DNA from: Camelus ferus
Lineage: Eukaryota
Assembly (NCBI RefSeq): GCF_009834535.1
Contig: NC_045705.1
Location: forward strand, 31,744,001 to 31,808,000
Direction of reading: 5' to 3'
DNA: 64,000 bases
A program made the position numbers and the translations under genes. The notes under the pieces are model-generated. The model saw only the letters and a list, made by a program, of their open reading frames with translations, searched no databases and was not told the origin of the DNA. Below are positions 60,194 through 64,000 of this stretch, in pieces; position 1 is the stretch's first letter, and every line of letters begins with the position of its first letter.

Positions 60194-63100
60194 CTGCTCT
60201 TGGCCTTGGGAATCCACTTCAATGCTAAATCAGGGGAGATCCCCCTTCCACCTCTTATTGTTTCTCAAGTAAACCCTGCTGTCAGGGACACAGAGGTCCC
60301 TGGCAAGGCTACTAAAGTGCCCGCAGTTCAGATCTCGTTAAAGCCAAATACTAATTACCCATGGAGGAGATACTGTCCCTTGAGGCCTGAGACCCAACGA
60401 GGTATCCAGCTTTTGATAACCAAGTTCTTAAAATACGGGCAGTTATGACTCTGCCAATCTCCATGTAATACTCCTATCCTGCCCATAAAAAAGCAAAATG
60501 GAGAATACCGGTTTGTTCAAGACCCGAGGGCAGTTAATGAGGCAGTGGTTCCAATTCACCCAATAGTCCCTAATCCACACACTTTATTGACCCAGGTCCC
60601 AGAAAATGCAACTTGGTTCACAGTGCTAGATCTAAAGGATGCTTTCTTTTGCATTCCTCTGCATCCAGACTCCCAATATCTCTTTGCCTTTGAGGGCACA
60701 GATCCAGACACTCGCAGTGTTTCCCAGCTAACCTGAACTGTGCTGCCCCGAGGCTTCAGGGACAGCCCTCACTTGTTTGGAAGTGCATCAGCAGAAGAGT
60801 TGAGATAATTAGAATTGACCAACGGCTCTCTCTTACAACACGTGGACGATCTCCTGATTTGTAGACCCACTAGAGGGGATTCAGATAAAAACACTACTCA
60901 AGTTCTCAGCTTCCTAGGAGAAGGAGGAAATTGAGTCTCTCCCCACATGGCCCAGGTTTCCACACAGCAGGTTAAGTACCTGGGATACACGCTCTGCCCT
61001 GGGACCAGAGCTCTAGCCCCAGACCAAAAGGAAGCTATTAGGACCCTTCAACCCCCCCCCAGACTAAGAGGCAACTGAGGGCCTTTCTGGAGATGGTGGG
61101 ACCTGGATTCCTGGATTTGGGCTTATCACAAAGCCTCCTTATGAGGCCCTAAAAAGGGGGTGACCACGGACCCCTAAACTGGGACAAAAATTGTCAACAG
61201 GCATGTCTACCTTTAAAATGGAAACTAGGAACTGCGCCTGCACTGGGTCTCCCAAACTCAAAAAACCCTGTTACCCTCTATATAGCTGCGAGGCAAGGAA
61301 GAGCTTTGGGCATCCTCACCCAGAAGCTCAGGGGTCTGCCTAGACCAACAGCTTATTTCTCAAAACAACTTGATCAGGGGACCGCAGGGTGGCCAGGATG
61401 TCTTAGGACAGCAGCTGCCACTGCTCTGTGAGTAGAAGAGGCCAATAAGCTTACCCTGGGACAGCCACTGGAAGTTCTAACCCCCCACCAGGTACAAGGA
61501 GTCTTAGAGACTGAAGGACACCCCTGGCTGACAGGTGGGCGACTACTTAAACAGCAAGGCCTCCTACTTGATTCCCCAGACAGAACTTTTAAAGATTGCC
61601 GTGTTTTAAATCCGGCCACTCTAATGCCAGATCCCTCATCCCAGGAATCCCTCGTTCACTCCTGTGTGGAGACTATTGAACAAGTTTACTCCAGCTGGCC
61701 AGATCTCAGGGGTGAGCCCCTGTCCAATCCGGATGCAGAACGGTTTACTGATGGAAGCAGCTATATACATAATGGAACAGGGCGAGCTGGCTACGCTATA
61801 GTAAAGCTACAGACAGTCGTTGAGTATGGAGCTCTGCCCTCCCGGACTTCTGGGCAAAAGGCTGAACGAATCGCTTTAGTAAGAGCACTCCAGTTAGGAA
61901 AAGGTTTAAGAATCAACATCTATACTGACTCTAAATATGGATTCCTAGTGTGACATGCCCATGCTGCCATATGGAAAGAGAGGGGACTGCTGACAGCCAA
62001 GGGGTCCCCTATCAAACACCAAACAGAAATTCTAAAACTCCTAGAAGCAGTCCCACTTCCTAAAGAGGTTGCAGTCACACACTGCAGGGGACGCCAAAAG
62101 GGCGATTCATATCTTATAAAGGGAAACGCCCGCGCAGACAAGGCGCCGAAGCTGCAGCCAGAGAACAGCCGGTCTCACAAGCTGCAGTTCTCCCACCTGA
62201 GGGCCAGCCTCTCCCAACGGCGCCGTCCTACACACCTGAAGAAGTCGAACGGGCTAAACACAGGGGGCTAGAGAAGAATCTCTCAGGGTGGCTGACAAAA
62301 GATAATAAGCTTCTCATTCCTGGGGACAAACAATGGAAAATAATTAAGCATCTCCACAAATCCACCCACCTAGGGCGGGACTCCATGCTCAGACTAATTT
62401 CTCAAGTGCTCCTGGGCAAGGGACTATCCCAAACTGTTAATGAAGTCACTAGGGCCTGTGACCTCTGTGCCCACAATGACCCGGGGAGTCACGCTATACC
62501 CCCACCCCTACTCTGGCCCACACAACATCGGAGAACTTATCCAGGGGAAGATTGGCAAACGGACTTTACCCAGATGCCCTCTTGTAAGGGATGGAAATAC
62601 CTGTTGGGATTCATAGACACCTTTACAGGATGGGTAGAAGCTTTCCCCACCAGAACGGAAAAAGCAATAGGAGTGTCAAAATTTCTGCTCAAAGAAATAA
62701 TCCCAAGATTTGGGCTACCAAAAAGCTTACTGAGTGATAATGGACCCTCCTTCACTGCCAAGGTGACTCAACAGGCTTCCTCCACTCTGGGTATTAGCTA
62801 TCACCTCCACTCTTCCTGGAGGCCCCAATCCTCAGGCAAGGTGGAAAAAGCAAATCATGCTCTAAAGAGAACACTTGCTAAGCTATGTCAGGAGACGTCA
62901 GAAACCTGGATTCCCCTCCTGCCTATAGCCCTTCTAAGAATAAGGACGACCTCTGAGGGAATTTTAAATCTTAGCGCATTTGAAATGATGTATGAAAGGC
63001 TCATTTTAACTTCAGATTTCCTGTCTGATGAGGAAACTCATAGATTAGTTTCCCACATTGTTAGCTTAAGTCAAGTTCAAAAGGCTCTCCAAGGGTATGG

Positions 63101-63410
63101 AAACAAAGTGTTGCCCTTTCCCACAGAGGAAAAGGCTGAAGTCCCTGTCCAATCAGGAGATTTTGTCTTACTAAAAACTTGGAAGGAGGGGTCCCCTGAA
63201 GACCAGCTGCAGCCAAAATGGAAGGGACCATATCAGGTACTACTGAGCACCCCAACTGACGTTAAGCTACAAGGAATTGCTAGTTGGGTACATCTGTCCA
63301 GAATAAAACCTGTAATTTATAAGCCCCAACAGGAGCCAGGAGAGACCTACACTTGCAACTCAATACAAACCTCAGGTACCTGTTTAAAAAATAATAATAA
63401 TATCATGTAG
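60194..63410 (+). pseudogene. pol: ERV pol (RT, RNase H, integrase); RT and RNase H disrupted, integrase open
   Basis: [12 protein letters not shown] (for LPQG), HVDD at 60839-60850 (for YVDD), FTDGSS, YTDSKY, HHCC, D-D35-E, WKGPY. Stops at 60446, 60734 and 61951, plus frameshifts. Confidence 0.93.
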
Positions 63411-63746
63411 CAGTGATTACAAATATTTAACCATGCCTTTTAAGTCTTTTTGTTGTTACAGATGGTCAAACTGCTGTTACAAAGGTGCTTCATCTTTAAG
63501 AAAATTCATCAGAAGTCAATGGAAACAGTGGGTTACAGCAGCCGCACATCAGACGATGGCTATGCTCTCAGCCCTTGGTTGCAAATACAAAAGGCTATCC
63601 TGCCCTTGGGGCTCCTAGATTAGGCATTCAGAGATTTTTAACTCCCTGATAGGCAGGGTCAACACCCCTACTCAGCCTGGAAGCAGTTTCAGAAGATGGA
63701 CTTTAGCCCCTTTGCACACCCATAAGTTTATGGGAGTAAAATCTCT
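63411..63746 (+). pseudogene. env: env remnant (TM tail and 3' UTR-like only)
   Basis: Only about 340 nt separate the integrase stop from the PPT. gtcaacacccctactcagcctggaagcagtttcagaaga resembles class I env 3' ends. Confidence 0.55.
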
Positions 63747-63756
63747 GAGAGGGGAA
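63747..63756 (+). promoter_or_regulatory. Polypurine tract
   Basis: GAGAGGGGAA immediately before the TG of the 3' LTR. Confidence 0.9.
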
Positions 63757-64000
63757 TGAGACAGGATGGAAGGGGGCAGGGCACAGCCATTCAAGGAATG
63801 CCACAGCAATTAACATCACAACGGTGAAAGATTCAACCCCCAGTAGGCCCTGAGGCTCTGGATGAAGAGACTTAACTTCTAGCAGATCTTGAGCTTCATT
63901 ATATGTACATTGTAATTTATTAACATGGTGAGTAACATGCCCACAGGCACCATGGCAGTCCCAAGGCTAGCCACAAAAGGTCACAGAGTGGGAAATGGCC
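63757..64000 (+). repeat. 3' LTR (partial, truncated by the window edge)
   Basis: Collinear with 56670-56933 at about 92% identity by eye. Confidence 0.95.

Larger units (their letters stand above)
56670..64000 (+). mobile_element. Class I (gamma-like) endogenous retrovirus: LTR-PBS-gag-pro-pol-(env remnant)-PPT-LTR, degenerate; the 3' LTR runs off the window
   Basis: Matching LTR starts at 56670 and 63757, PBS, gag MHR, two zinc knuckles, DTGA, xVDD, TDGSS, DD35E and PPT. Confidence 0.97.

Noticed and set aside
58399-61953. APOBEC3 hypermutation as the cause of ERV stops
   Set aside because: Only two stops are clear TGG>TGA, and they are in different dinucleotide contexts; others fit CpG decay or other changes, and frameshifts are common. 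Ordinary neutral decay is sufficient.
63433-63618. 61-aa ORF after integrase as a novel accessory gene
   Set aside because: It is short, lies in the env remnant, has no motif, and is the size expected by chance.

Overview
Mammalian genomic DNA, most likely a camelid (inferred from the L1 3' ends and the absence of ruminant or pig SINEs), covering part of an OR4A/OR4C olfactory receptor cluster. There are six single-exon OR coding regions: an OR4A-like gene (11014-11931, +), an OR4C6-like gene (20431-21360, -), and four paralogous OR4C-type genes. The four paralogues sit in a 6.5-10 kb segmental duplication unit: copy 1 on + at 4882-5808 with one premature TGA, and copies 2-4 in tandem on - at 32367, 41023 and 49337. 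Comparing the four units shows conserved 5' exon and promoter footprints, a conserved 7-codon uORF, and mosaic near-identical tracts consistent with gene conversion. The last 8 kb is a degenerate class I (gamma-like, HERV-W9/H-type gag) endogenous retrovirus with MER41-like LTRs. It has a tRNA-Lys-type PBS, almost no env and an uninterrupted integrase, and is nested in another LTR that is itself nested in an MLT1A. The rest is L1, L2, MIR and LTR debris, including an L1 with a probable 3' transduction and an L1 with a large internal deletion, plus two assembly gaps. I found no rRNA, tRNA or CRISPR. I see no evidence for a wholly new kind of system; the best leads are the conversion mosaic, the uORF and promoter footprints, and the unusual ERV. 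Repeat boundaries and mismatch counts come from alignment by eye and are approximate.
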